NCBI GenBank assembly: GCA_963977015.1 | Contig: CAXBMO010000003.1 | Coordinates: 352,001 to 416,000, forward strand | Reading direction: 5' to 3' | Length of the DNA: 64,000 nucleotides | DNA from: an uncultured bacterium | Lineage (GTDB): Bacteria > Verrucomicrobiota > Verrucomicrobiia > Verrucomicrobiales > DEV007 | In this document: positions 41,231 through 50,978 of the stretch, piece by piece | Layout of the letters: each line of letters opens with the position of its first letter | Position numbering within the stretch: the first letter of the stretch is position 1 | The notes under the pieces: model-generated | The model's database searches: none | Seen by the model: the letters and a program-made list of their open reading frames with translations, nothing else | Told to the model about the DNA's origin: nothing | Program-made: the position numbers and the translations under genes

Positions 41231-41722
41231 CTAGGAACCTGAAGGTTTTTCTGCCATTTCTTTTTTCTCGGGTGCCGGTGCTTTGGGTGGTCCATTTTTT
41301 GCCGCTTTCGCGATCCCTTTGACGTATTTCTGATCTTCCTCTGACAGTTTTTCGAGAGGAAATTCGACAGGAGCTTTGGCCCCCGAGCGAAGAAACCTCA
41401 CATTTCCATTTTTGATCACTTCGACCGCCCCGGTTTCGCCGGGTTTCGGAGCTGAAAACGCCATCAACCTCCCCACCATCATTCGACCATCGGCAGCTTT
41501 CCACTGCCGGGCCGGGCTCACCGAGGTGTAGTAGACGATTTTGGTTTGTGGCTTCGGAGTTGGTGGTGCCACGATCACCCCGCCGCCATCGTTATTGATG
41601 CTTCCACCGCCCAGCGCCCGCCGTTGCGCTTCGATGGGATCCTCGGCAAAAAGCGGGTCATGGAACGTGAAACTCCCAAAAATGATCATCGCAACAAAAC
41701 GAAAGCGGATTCGAGAGAACAT
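41231..41722 (-). CDS. Secreted hypothetical protein with an SHD1-like domain
   Basis: Signal peptide; RQW...DGR...G.L...V.F......FPL.KLS.EDQ.YV pattern. Confidence 0.65.
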   Translation of the reverse strand: MFSRIRFRFVAMIIFGSFTFHDPLFAEDPIEAQRRALGGGSINNDGGGVIVAPPTPKPQTKIVYYTSVSPARQWKAADGRMMVGRLMAFSAPKPGETGAVEVIKNGNVRFLRSGAKAPVEFPLEKLSEEDQKYVKGIAKAAKNGPPKAPAPEKKEMAEKPSGS

Positions 41723-41801
41723 CGCGTAATCTTATCCCTTAAGGTTCCAGCGTCCAGCAATGTTGGCGTCTTGAAGGTCGAAACACCTTTGATTACCAGA
41801 A

Positions 41802-43418
41802 TCACTCGATGAGCTGGAGCAAGACCTCCCGCACTTCGAGAGTCTCCAACGGGGCTTCGCAAACAATTCGGTAGGTCGCAGCACCGGGATTTTCCAATCG
41901 GGTCACGAATTCTGCGCGTTGCCATTCCGTGCTCGGCCCCAATTCGAGACGGGTCGAATTCTCATCGCCAAAGCCCTGGAGAAGCACGCCGTGAGCTCCT
42001 TGGAACCGATACACAATCTCTCCCCGCACTCTTCCCGTCCTCGATGCTTCAATCGGCCATGACGCCGAAAATCCTGCCCGATCCCACCCCTCGATGAACC
42101 CTAAATTCGTCGAATGTGGCCATTCTGAAGGGAAAACCGCGGAACAGGGATCCAATTGAATCGGCTTTGCATCGAGCACCCACGGAATGACGGGGTAGCC
42201 AAACACCTGCGACTTGTGAAACCAGTGGGCAATGTCGCTCTTGAGCCCTGCCAAGACGAACGGGTAGGCTTCCGCGACGTTGTAATGTTGTCTCGGATCC
42301 GCTTTCAAATCATAGAGCTCCCAGCGTTCGTCATCAGCACCTATTTCATCTCTGCGCCACTTGGGATCCAGAATCGCGGCCCAACGCGTGGTTCGATAGG
42401 ACCTTCGCGCATTGGCGAGATCCCTTCCCGGAATCCAGACTGAACCCAGATTCCGATTCGGCCACCGCGCGTCGTCACCGAACAAGAGCAAGGGCGCGAT
42501 ATTGAGGCCGTTGATGGTTCGATCATCCGGAACGGGAGATCCGGCAAACCCAAGCACGGTTGGGAAGAGATCCGTGTGATGACAAATGTGATGCACAACC
42601 GCCCTCTCGGGAATCACTCCTTTCCACCTCCAGATGGACGGAACGCGCAGCCCGCCTTCATGAAGGCTCCCCTGACTTCCGTACAAACCGGAATTGAATC
42701 GGCCTTCGATGTCTTTTGGGCCGCAATCCGACAGCAAAACAATCATGGTGTGGCTCTCGAGATCGAGAATCTTCAGTTGATTGACAATGTTTCCCACCAC
42801 GCTATCCACCACCTCGATTCCGGCATAAACGGTCGCCAGTTCTGCCCCTAAACCGCGCTCCCGGTGTTTCTCGATTGCCTCCTCAGGGATGTGGTCACCA
42901 TGATCCAAAGCAGGAAGCGCAATGAACGCACAAAACGGCCATTCCGCATTCGCCTCCATGAACGCAGGGCCATCGTTTACCTCACCGACTTGCCCAAACC
43001 CCTGACTCCCGGCGTCATGAGGTGGATTTACGCCGTTTTGCCAGCGCCCAAAGTAGCCCGTTTGGTATCCATCCTCCTGAAGAACCTCCGCAAAGGTGAT
43101 CTCGTTTTGATGGAGGATATGGGTTCCCTGAGAATCCCCAATTACCCCCGTCAACAGGCAATGGCGCCCGGTTAGGAGCGATGAAGTGGTCGGCGCCGAA
43201 GCGGGACAAACGTAAAAGCGATCCAATCGTGCTCCCGATTTCGCCAACTCATCCAGATTCGGAGTCGCCACCTGCGGATTGCCATGAATCCCCAAATCTC
43301 CCCATCCCAGATCATCCGCCATCAGGATGACCAGGTTGGGCTGCGCCAGGGGAGAACGATTCGGCGCTGCGCAGACGACGACCGCGCTCAAAAGGAATCC
43401 GATAAAATGGCGAAACAT
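41802..43418 (-). CDS. Sulfatase-like protein with a degenerate formylglycine motif
   Basis: PNLVILMADDLGWGD, TPNLD, EGGLRVP and LYDLKADP present; SAPTT replaces C/SxPxR and GRWQNG replaces GKWHLG; start set at MFRHFIG. Confidence 0.82.
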   Translation of the reverse strand: MFRHFIGFLLSAVVVCAAPNRSPLAQPNLVILMADDLGWGDLGIHGNPQVATPNLDELAKSGARLDRFYVCPASAPTTSSLLTGRHCLLTGVIGDSQGTHILHQNEITFAEVLQEDGYQTGYFGRWQNGVNPPHDAGSQGFGQVGEVNDGPAFMEANAEWPFCAFIALPALDHGDHIPEEAIEKHRERGLGAELATVYAGIEVVDSVVGNIVNQLKILDLESHTMIVLLSDCGPKDIEGRFNSGLYGSQGSLHEGGLRVPSIWRWKGVIPERAVVHHICHHTDLFPTVLGFAGSPVPDDRTINGLNIAPLLLFGDDARWPNRNLGSVWIPGRDLANARRSYRTTRWAAILDPKWRRDEIGADDERWELYDLKADPRQHYNVAEAYPFVLAGLKSDIAHWFHKSQVFGYPVIPWVLDAKPIQLDPCSAVFPSEWPHSTNLGFIEGWDRAGFSASWPIEASRTGRVRGEIVYRFQGAHGVLLQGFGDENSTRLELGPSTEWQRAEFVTRLENPGAATYRIVCEAPLETLEVREVLLQLIE

Positions 43419-43528
43419 TAAACGGAACCATCCAAGGCAAGCAGATCGGCGCAAGCTGCCTTTACTGAAGTTCTTACCGCCGGGCTTCGTTCTGGACTTC
43501 CTCATCCCGCCCGCTAGCGTGAAGGGTA

Positions 43529-46500
43529 ATGAACCCCTTCGTTTCCTGCGTCCTGTTTGTCCACGCGGTCAGCGCCGCAGAAATCCCTCAGCAAACGATC
43601 AACTTCATGGAGGAGGCGATGCTCTCCGAGATGGAGTGCCGACTTGATCCCAAGCGTTCCCAAAGCACGAATCGGGAGGAGGTATTTCAACTGCTTTCCC
43701 CCAATTTGCTCCGCGTATCCGGGAAAGGCTGGGGATATCTCCAAACGGCCAAGACCTATCAGAACTATCATCTCGTTCTCGAGTTCAAATGGGGCGAGCA
43801 CACCTGGGGACGCAGAGCCGACAAAGCTCGGGACGCTGGCGTCTTCCTGCACTGCCACGATCGCTTTGGGACCTGGCCGAAGGGTGTCGAAGCTCAGTTG
43901 ATTGAGGGAGGTTCGGGCAATCTCAACATCCTGGAGGACGGTGTGACCAAGCGCTATTGCAAGTATCGTTCCCCGCGGTGGACGGATGTGAGGGGCTTTC
44001 GTGGCGACTGGGATCTGGAGGAACTCTTTGGCCAATGGAATCGCATCGAAGTGATTTGTGACGGCAACGAACTAACGGTTCTCCTGAATGGAACGCGCGT
44101 GAACCACTTCGAAGAGCTTCCCGTCTCAGAAGGAGGAATCGCGATTCAATCGGAGGAAGCGGAATGGTTCATTCGGCGATGGGAGGTCTGGCCACTGGGA
44201 GAATTCGGGGAACCCTGGAAGCCCGCAACCCTCTCAACAAACACCGGAAGCGGCGCCGATCTCGTTGCCCGTCCGAACGCACTCTCCCCAGACGAATCCT
44301 TCGCCGCACTGGAAGTCGACGGTCCGTTTCAGATTCAGCTCGTTGCGTCCGAACCGTTGGTTTGCGATCCCGTGGACGTGGTTTGGGACGAAGCCGACCG
44401 GATGTATGTGGCAGAAATGCGCGATTATCCGCTTCCGCCAACGAACGGCCCCCTCCTTTCCCGCATCAAAATCCTCATCGACACCAATGGCGATGGCATT
44501 CCCGACGAGAGCAAGGTCTGGGCCGATCAAATGGACCACGTTCAGGGGCTCCTCCCCATCAACGGTGGGATCCTGGCAACGACCCGCCGCCAAATTCTGT
44601 TTTTTCAGGATACCGATGACGACCAGGTGGCCGACAAGCGTGAGATCTGGTTCGAAAGCAACGATCCACGCCACAATCAGCTTCAAATCTCAAGCCCTCG
44701 CCTTGGGCCCGATGGATGGATCTATCTCAACAACGGGCTGGACGGAAAACAGATCTATCCCAGCGATTCCGAGGAACCAGAGCTCAATATCGCGCGACGG
44801 AATATCCGGATTCACCCTGAGACCCGGGAAATCGAACCCGTCAGCGGCTACGGCCAATTTGGAGCGACGATCGATCCGTGGGGACGTCGTTTCGCGAGCA
44901 GCAATCGCAGTCCGGTCATGTTTGCAGCAATGCCTCTTTATGCGGTGGAGCGCAATCCGTATGCAGGTCTGTCCACGGGTCATATCGATATCGCTCCCAG
45001 TGGCGGAGATTCCCTCGTTTACCCGCTCAACATGAGCCACACCACGGCGGCAGCTCATCTTGGAACTCACACCGCGGCTTGCGGGCTTTGTTGGTATCGC
45101 GGGGACATCTTTGTCTGCGAACCCACCGGTCAACTCATCACCCGGAATCGAATCGAGCCCGAGGGCGCCATCTTGAAGGCGAGCCAGGTCCGCACCAAGC
45201 CCCAAACCGAGTTTTTGCGGAGTCACGACGAATGGTTTCGCCCAGTGAACCTCCGCAGAGGGCCGGACGGCGCACTCTACGTTTGTGACATGTATCGACG
45301 CTTCATTGATCACGCGCGATTCTTTCCCGAAGAGTTTTCCCAGGCCCATTACATGCGGGCGGGATTTGATCAGGGAAGGATCTGGCGAATCACACCGAAA
45401 CAAAAAGATAAGAATGCTGACTTCGGTCGAAGTGAGATTGCCGCAAAAGCAGTCTATGGGATGAGCCCGGCGGAACTGAGAAGACAGTTTCAAAGCGAGT
45501 CCCCTGAGGTCGTTGAGAACGCAGTCCAGGCGGCTGAAATCCATCTCGCAGACTCCCCTGAACTGCTGCCGGAGTTCATCAACCTGACTCAGCATGAGAA
45601 TGCGCGAGTCCGCTTTCTGGCCCTCGTTGCCATCGGCGGATCGACGAGCCCGGAAGTTACGCAGGCCCTCAAAACTGCGGCCCAGAGAGATTACTTCGAA
45701 CCCTGGATCCGCAAGGCCATCCTTTCCGGCGCCGAGAATCGAGCCGGAGAAATTTTCCAAGCCGTGATTGAGGCGCCAGGCTTCGCCGACTTCGCCTCGG
45801 ATCAGAAATTGGCATTTGTCCGCGAATTTTCTTCCGCGATTGGAAGACGATCCGACTCTCACGAAACCCAAATGGCGGCAGCCTCAGTTCGCAAGGTCAG
45901 CGACGACGCACTTTGGCTGCGGCTCTCTGCCTACGAAGGGCTTGGCAGAGCCGCAAAACTGAGCGCCGATGAGTTATTCGCCAGCGCTCGCATCGCGCTC
46001 GATTCTGACACCCAAATGACCGACCGGCTTGCGGCCATTCCCCTGCTGCGCCTTCTCCCGATTGACCGCAGCATCGAAATCTGGTCCGCGCTTTTGGATG
46101 TTTCCCAACCCACCGAAATCCGCCGAGCCGCGTTCTCGGTCGCGAAGTCACTCAACCGGACCAAAATCTCGGCAACGCTCTTCACGATGTGGCCGGATCT
46201 CGACACCGAGTCAAAAGCCGAGGCCATGGCGATTCTCTCCAAATCCCCCCTCCCCCTCCTTCAAAAGATGAAAGCAGGCGACATCAATCCCGCCTTGCTC
46301 GACCCGATGAGCCGTTGGGTTTACCTGCGATCGTCGAATGCCGAAATCAAAGAACTGGCTGAGGAACTTTTTGCTCGCCCCAGCGAGGATCGGGCCGCGA
46401 TTTTGACGAGCTATCTCCGTGCGGAAACGTTGAAAGGCGACGCATCCCGAGGTCACGCCCTTTTCACGACGAATTGCGCGGTGTGCCATCAGTTTCGCGG

Positions 46501-48232
46501 TGAAGGTGGCCAGATCGGTCCAGACATCACCGATGTTCGCAACAAGCCCTGGCAAGCGTTGCTTTCCGACATTCTCGATCCCAACCGCATGGTGGAGGCG
46601 CGCTGGACCGCCCATTCCCTAACCAGGAAAACGGGCCCCGCTTTGCTCGGCGTGATTGAAGCCGAAACCGCAGATTCGATCACGATCAAGGGTCTTGGAG
46701 TCCACGAAACCGTTTCACGCAGCGAGGTTGCCTCCATCAAGGATTTGGGGCAATCCCTGATGCCAGTCGGATTTGAGGGCTCGCTCGACCATCAAGCGAT
46801 GGCCGATCTGCTCGCGTTCTTGCAGGGAAAAGGTGAAACCGGCCCCAAAGAAACGGAGAAACCGAAACGCGCCGCCGCAGACAAACCCAACATCGTCCTG
46901 ATCCTCTGTGACAATCTCGGCTACGGCGACATCGAGCCTTTTTGGCCGGAAACACCGCACCGCACCCCCAATCTCAATCAGATGGCGGCGGAGGGAATGA
47001 AGCTTTCCCACTTCTATGTCTCGGCAGGCGTATGCACGCCTTCACGCGCCAGCATCATGACCGGTTGCTATGCGCAACGCGTCGGTTTGCACAAGATGGA
47101 GGTCGATCATCATGTGCTTCGTCCGGCCTCGCCGCTGGGATTGAATCCGGAGGAAGTGACCGTCGCGGAAGTCTTGAAGAGCGCCGGCTACGCGACCACC
47201 ATCATCGGAAAGTGGCATTTGGGAGACCAACCCGCCTTTTTACCGACGCAGCAGGGGTTCGATTCCTTCTTCGGAATTCCCTACAGCGACGACATGACGG
47301 CACGAGAATGGAACTCCCGCGTTTGGCCGCCTCTCCCTCTGGTTGAGGATGAAACCGTGGTTGAGGCTCCGGTCGATCGGAGCACGTTGACCAAACGTTA
47401 CACCGAACGCGCCCTCCAATTCATTCGAGCACAGAAAGAAAGCCCCTTTTTCCTGTTCCTGAGTCACGCGATGCCGGGAAGCACGAAGACTCCCTATTCG
47501 AGTGAACGGTTTCAGGGAAAAAGCCAAAACGGGGCCTGGGGTGACTCCGTTGAAGAAATTGATTGGTCGACCGGCGAGATCCTGGACGAACTCAACAAGC
47601 TCGGCATTGCCGAAAACACCCTGGTGATCTGGACCTCGGACAACGGCGCGCCCCACAATCCCGGAGACATCAAACGGGGAACCAACCAGCCGCTGTCCGG
47701 ACGGGGATACACGACCAGCGAGGGTGGAATGCGCGTTCCGACGATCGCTTGGTGGCCCGGAAGGATTCCGCCAAACACGGAATCCACCGATTTGGCAACG
47801 ACGATGGATCTCCTGCCCACCTTCGCCCGCCTCGCACACCAGTCTTTGGATGTGGAGAAAACCATCGATGGGAAAGACATCAGCCCGATTTTATTGGGCA
47901 CACCCAACGCCGAGTCACCGCATGAAGCGTTTTTCTATTACCAGCTGGATCAGCTCCAAGCCGTGCGAAGTGGACCATGGAAGTTGGTCCTCCAGTTGGA
48001 GAATCCCATCCGCCACGGACGCTTTCGGCAGGGACCAACCGACGAACTCTTGTTCAACCTGGTCACCGATATCGCCTGCGAATCGAATGTCGCAGCTTCT
48101 CACCCGGATATCGTGGCCAGACTCCGAGAACTCGCAAATCAGGCCCGTAAGGAACTTGGTGACACGAATCAGCCGGGAGAAGGGCAACGGGCAGCCGGCA
48201 GAGTTCCAAATCCTGTTGCTTTGGTGAAGTGA
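43529..48232 (+). CDS. Multidomain protein: DUF1080 + PVC-type heme-binding membrane-bound dehydrogenase (propeller, HEAT, cytochrome c) + sulfatase
   Basis: Signal peptide; DUF1080 motifs (GYLQT.K.Y.NY.L.LEFKWG, RDAG, E.QLIEG..G, GQWN, I.IQSE); LVASEP..DP, WFRPV...GPDGALY..DMYR; CAVCH heme site, GPDIT; sulfatase CTPSR, GKWHLG, SDNG. Confidence 0.9.
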   Translation: MNPFVSCVLFVHAVSAAEIPQQTINFMEEAMLSEMECRLDPKRSQSTNREEVFQLLSPNLLRVSGKGWGYLQTAKTYQNYHLVLEFKWGEHTWGRRADKARDAGVFLHCHDRFGTWPKGVEAQLIEGGSGNLNILEDGVTKRYCKYRSPRWTDVRGFRGDWDLEELFGQWNRIEVICDGNELTVLLNGTRVNHFEELPVSEGGIAIQSEEAEWFIRRWEVWPLGEFGEPWKPATLSTNTGSGADLVARPNALSPDESFAALEVDGPFQIQLVASEPLVCDPVDVVWDEADRMYVAEMRDYPLPPTNGPLLSRIKILIDTNGDGIPDESKVWADQMDHVQGLLPINGGILATTRRQILFFQDTDDDQVADKREIWFESNDPRHNQLQISSPRLGPDGWIYLNNGLDGKQIYPSDSEEPELNIARRNIRIHPETREIEPVSGYGQFGATIDPWGRRFASSNRSPVMFAAMPLYAVERNPYAGLSTGHIDIAPSGGDSLVYPLNMSHTTAAAHLGTHTAACGLCWYRGDIFVCEPTGQLITRNRIEPEGAILKASQVRTKPQTEFLRSHDEWFRPVNLRRGPDGALYVCDMYRRFIDHARFFPEEFSQAHYMRAGFDQGRIWRITPKQKDKNADFGRSEIAAKAVYGMSPAELRRQFQSESPEVVENAVQAAEIHLADSPELLPEFINLTQHENARVRFLALVAIGGSTSPEVTQALKTAAQRDYFEPWIRKAILSGAENRAGEIFQAVIEAPGFADFASDQKLAFVREFSSAIGRRSDSHETQMAAASVRKVSDDALWLRLSAYEGLGRAAKLSADELFASARIALDSDTQMTDRLAAIPLLRLLPIDRSIEIWSALLDVSQPTEIRRAAFSVAKSLNRTKISATLFTMWPDLDTESKAEAMAILSKSPLPLLQKMKAGDINPALLDPMSRWVYLRSSNAEIKELAEELFARPSEDRAAILTSYLRAETLKGDASRGHALFTTNCAVCHQFRGEGGQIGPDITDVRNKPWQALLSDILDPNRMVEARWTAHSLTRKTGPALLGVIEAETADSITIKGLGVHETVSRSEVASIKDLGQSLMPVGFEGSLDHQAMADLLAFLQGKGETGPKETEKPKRAAADKPNIVLILCDNLGYGDIEPFWPETPHRTPNLNQMAAEGMKLSHFYVSAGVCTPSRASIMTGCYAQRVGLHKMEVDHHVLRPASPLGLNPEEVTVAEVLKSAGYATTIIGKWHLGDQPAFLPTQQGFDSFFGIPYSDDMTAREWNSRVWPPLPLVEDETVVEAPVDRSTLTKRYTERALQFIRAQKESPFFLFLSHAMPGSTKTPYSSERFQGKSQNGAWGDSVEEIDWSTGEILDELNKLGIAENTLVIWTSDNGAPHNPGDIKRGTNQPLSGRGYTTSEGGMRVPTIAWWPGRIPPNTESTDLATTMDLLPTFARLAHQSLDVEKTIDGKDISPILLGTPNAESPHEAFFYYQLDQLQAVRSGPWKLVLQLENPIRHGRFRQGPTDELLFNLVTDIACESNVAASHPDIVARLRELANQARKELGDTNQPGEGQRAAGRVPNPVALVK

Positions 48233-48278
48233 TTCGAAGGTTGCTTCAGTTCCAAATCGTGGTAACAGCTTTCCCGAT

Positions 48279-48563
48279 ATGATGCTGCGTAACATTTCGC
48301 GATTTTTCCTGAGCCTCGGCTGCGGGGCTTTCCTCGTTTTCTTCGTTGGTTGTGAGCGTCACGTGTGGAGTGGAGGAACCGACCAGCTCTACAAACCTCA
48401 TCACGGGGCCGACAGCCATTCCGACGACCATTCCAAAGAGGAACACGGTGATCATCCCAAAGAGGGCGAACATCACGACGAGAAAGACGCGGGACACTCA
48501 AACGTCACCAAGCCGCACGCGACAGAACCAGCTCCAGCCGCTCGGAAGATCTTCCCAAGATAA
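48279..48563 (+). CDS. Small His/acid-rich putative lipoprotein
   Basis: Lipobox FVG-C; His-rich HHGADSHSDDHSKEEHGDH segment. Confidence 0.6.
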   Translation: MMLRNISRFFLSLGCGAFLVFFVGCERHVWSGGTDQLYKPHHGADSHSDDHSKEEHGDHPKEGEHHDEKDAGHSNVTKPHATEPAPAARKIFPR

Positions 48564-48587
48564 TTCCGATCCTTCGAGTTCGGGACG

Positions 48588-49646
48588 ATGCTTGAGCATG
48601 TTCAGCGATTCTCCCATCCCGGGGGAATCTACGAGTTAGACTTTCCTGACGAATGGATCGTCGTCATTGAGGACGATGGGTTGAATTGTGGGTTTGGCTG
48701 GGAAGATAGCGACGATGTCGGTCTCTGGATCTCGGTGCTCCCCTTCTCGATTGAAGCGGAACCTCTCTTGGAAGGGTTGCTGGATTCCTTCCGTGAGGCT
48801 GCGGGAGATTCCTTCGGGCAATTTCAACAAGACGTCCGCTTGGCCCATCCCGCGTTCAAAGCGAGGTCGCAGGATCCGGCCTCTCCGGGTCTCGCCTGGA
48901 TGGTAACCAACGGGAACGCCGTTCTATTTGCCTCCGCTCATACTCCCATTGCCGAGTTGGCGGATTTTGAGCCCGTCTTTGACCAGCTCATGCAAAGCCT
49001 CCGGATTTGCGCCCCTGAAGAAGAGGAACCAGAGGAGTTGGAGGACGAACCCGAGGTTCTCGATGAAACTCCCGAGGAAATGGAGGAGGAGGAAGCCGAG
49101 TCGTTGGAATCCGTCACCAATCAGATTTTGCCGTTTTTGCGACCTGACGGCTATTTTTCCAGCGCCCCGGAAAGGCAGTCCCTCGCGCGCTTGGAGTTTC
49201 TGGGCGATGTCTGGATTACGTATGCGATTCAGCGCGTTGGTAAACGCACATTCGTCCGAGAGTGGGACCTGGAGCAATGGGGAATCTCCGTCGATGAGCT
49301 TCACGATATCGCGATGGCCAATCTCGACGAAATCGACTGGCCCAAACTGCTGAAGCGGAAGCGGAACAAGCCGAAACGCAGCGGCCGCCTCATCGTGATC
49401 GAGAATTCCGGAGACCCTGTCGGAGCGTCGAAAGTCCTCGATTTACGGCTTCACGACATCTTTGCCAACCATTTGGGAACTCCGTTCTGCATCGCAACTC
49501 CGGATTGTGAATCGCTCGTTCTGTTTCGCGAAAGCGATCTTGAACGCGGCACAGAGGAAGTGGCGGAGAAATTCAAAAAGGCGAAAAACCCGCTTTCACC
49601 ACAGATTCTGGTCCTCAGTCCGGAGGGAGTTTCGCTGGCCGAATAG
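48588..49646 (+). CDS. DUF1444 (YtpQ-like) family protein with an N-terminal PsbP/DUF3805-like domain
   Basis: F.HP...Y.L.FP..W N-terminus; acidic linker; ILP.LRP, WG....ELH..A..NL, AS..L, P....L, PLSP motifs. Confidence 0.6.
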   Translation: MLEHVQRFSHPGGIYELDFPDEWIVVIEDDGLNCGFGWEDSDDVGLWISVLPFSIEAEPLLEGLLDSFREAAGDSFGQFQQDVRLAHPAFKARSQDPASPGLAWMVTNGNAVLFASAHTPIAELADFEPVFDQLMQSLRICAPEEEEPEELEDEPEVLDETPEEMEEEEAESLESVTNQILPFLRPDGYFSSAPERQSLARLEFLGDVWITYAIQRVGKRTFVREWDLEQWGISVDELHDIAMANLDEIDWPKLLKRKRNKPKRSGRLIVIENSGDPVGASKVLDLRLHDIFANHLGTPFCIATPDCESLVLFRESDLERGTEEVAEKFKKAKNPLSPQILVLSPEGVSLAE

Positions 49647-49648
49647 GT

Positions 49649-50851
49649 TTACCGCATCGCCCAATCCAACTCAGATGCCTCGATGGGAGCGGGTTCCGGG
49701 TATTCGAAGGTCTTGCCCTCGAAATTGCGGATGATCACACGCTCTTCGTTGCGCTGAATCACGGTTTCCGGGTTCATCGGCACTTTTCCACCGCCGCCAG
49801 GCGCATCGATTACGTATTGCGGAACGGCATAACCCGTGGTGTGCCCACGAAGTCCGCTGATGATCTCAAGTCCCTTGGAAACGGGCACGCTGAGGTGCGA
49901 AGAGCCTTTAATCAGGTCCAATTGGTAGAGATAATAAGGCCGGACCCGGCAGCGAAGCAGCTTGTGAACCAACGTCTTCATGACCTCCAACCGATCGTTC
50001 ACCCCGCGCAAGAGGACACTTTGATTTCCAAGAGGAATTCCGCTGTTGGCAAGCCGCTCCAACGCCTCCTTCACTTCCAACGTCAACTCCCGGGGATGAT
50101 TGACGTGAACGCTGATGAACAATGGGTGATGCTGCTTCAGCATCTCGCACAATTCGGGCGTGATCCGTTGAGGAAGAAAAACCGGAACGCGCGAGCCGAT
50201 GCGGACAAATTCGATGTGCTCAATGCTTCTGAGCCGCCGGAGAATTTTCTCCAATTTCGAGTCACTCAGCAAAAGTGGATCGCCCCCTGAAAGTAGAACG
50301 TCGCGAACTTCAGTGTGTTCTTCGAGGTAACGGAAAGCCGCTTCAAATTGGGTGTCGAGATGCTGTTCCCCGGCACCACTGACGACCCGGCTTCGGGTGC
50401 AATAGCGGCAGTAGCTGGCACAACGATCGGTCACCAGAAAATTGACACGATCCGGATAGCGATGCACCAACCCCGCAACCGGCATGTCTCCATCCTCGCC
50501 ACAGGGATCCTCCATTTCATAGTCGGCTTCCCAGGTTTCTTCGATTCGGGGAATGACTTGGCGGCGAATCGGACAATTGGGATTGTCCTTATCGATCAAA
50601 TTCATGAAGTGGGGCGTAATGGCCATCGCCAGCTTGTTCCCACTCAGGATCACCCCGCTCCGCTCTTCATCGGTGAGATTCAGATGTTCTTCGAGGGCGC
50701 CCAGCGATGTAACACGGTTTTTTTGCTGCCAAATCCAGGAATTCCAATCTTCTTCGGCGACTTTCCGGTCAGCCCAATAGCCCGGAGCGTAAGATGTGAA
50801 GTCCCTTTCGGGAACCGTTGCGTCAAAGGTCATAGATGCGGTCAGATTCAA
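49649..50851 (-). CDS. KamA family radical SAM/PLP 2,3-aminomutase (lysine 2,3-aminomutase/EpmB-like)
   Basis: W.WQ.KN, DP.GE, LVHRYPDR, CASYCRYCTR, SGGDPL, NQSVLL.GVND, PYYL, PLP Lys in GGGGKVP. Confidence 0.93.
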   Translation of the reverse strand: MNLTASMTFDATVPERDFTSYAPGYWADRKVAEEDWNSWIWQQKNRVTSLGALEEHLNLTDEERSGVILSGNKLAMAITPHFMNLIDKDNPNCPIRRQVIPRIEETWEADYEMEDPCGEDGDMPVAGLVHRYPDRVNFLVTDRCASYCRYCTRSRVVSGAGEQHLDTQFEAAFRYLEEHTEVRDVLLSGGDPLLLSDSKLEKILRRLRSIEHIEFVRIGSRVPVFLPQRITPELCEMLKQHHPLFISVHVNHPRELTLEVKEALERLANSGIPLGNQSVLLRGVNDRLEVMKTLVHKLLRCRVRPYYLYQLDLIKGSSHLSVPVSKGLEIISGLRGHTTGYAVPQYVIDAPGGGGKVPMNPETVIQRNEERVIIRNFEGKTFEYPEPAPIEASELDWAMR

Positions 50852-50878
50852 TTCGGACTCTGAACAAGAAAAAAGCTT

Positions 50879-50906
50879 ACGGTAGGAGGTACCATTGGGG
50901 TGTCAA
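50879..50906 (-). promoter_or_regulatory. Putative sigma70 promoter for the kamA-family gene
   Basis: Minus strand TTGACA-N16-TACCGT, about 30 nt upstream of the ORF start. Confidence 0.45.
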
Positions 50907-50944
50907 CCATCACCTCAACACTTGCCGTATGACAAAAGTACCAG

Positions 50945-50972
50945 TTGCAGCCCGCCCGGTGATGCCTAAGAT
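50945..50972 (+). promoter_or_regulatory. Putative sigma70 promoter for the riboswitch leader
   Basis: TTGCAG-N16-TAAGAT; the predicted TSS (about 50979) coincides with the aptamer 5' end. Confidence 0.5.
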
Positions 50973-50978
50973 CCCTCC

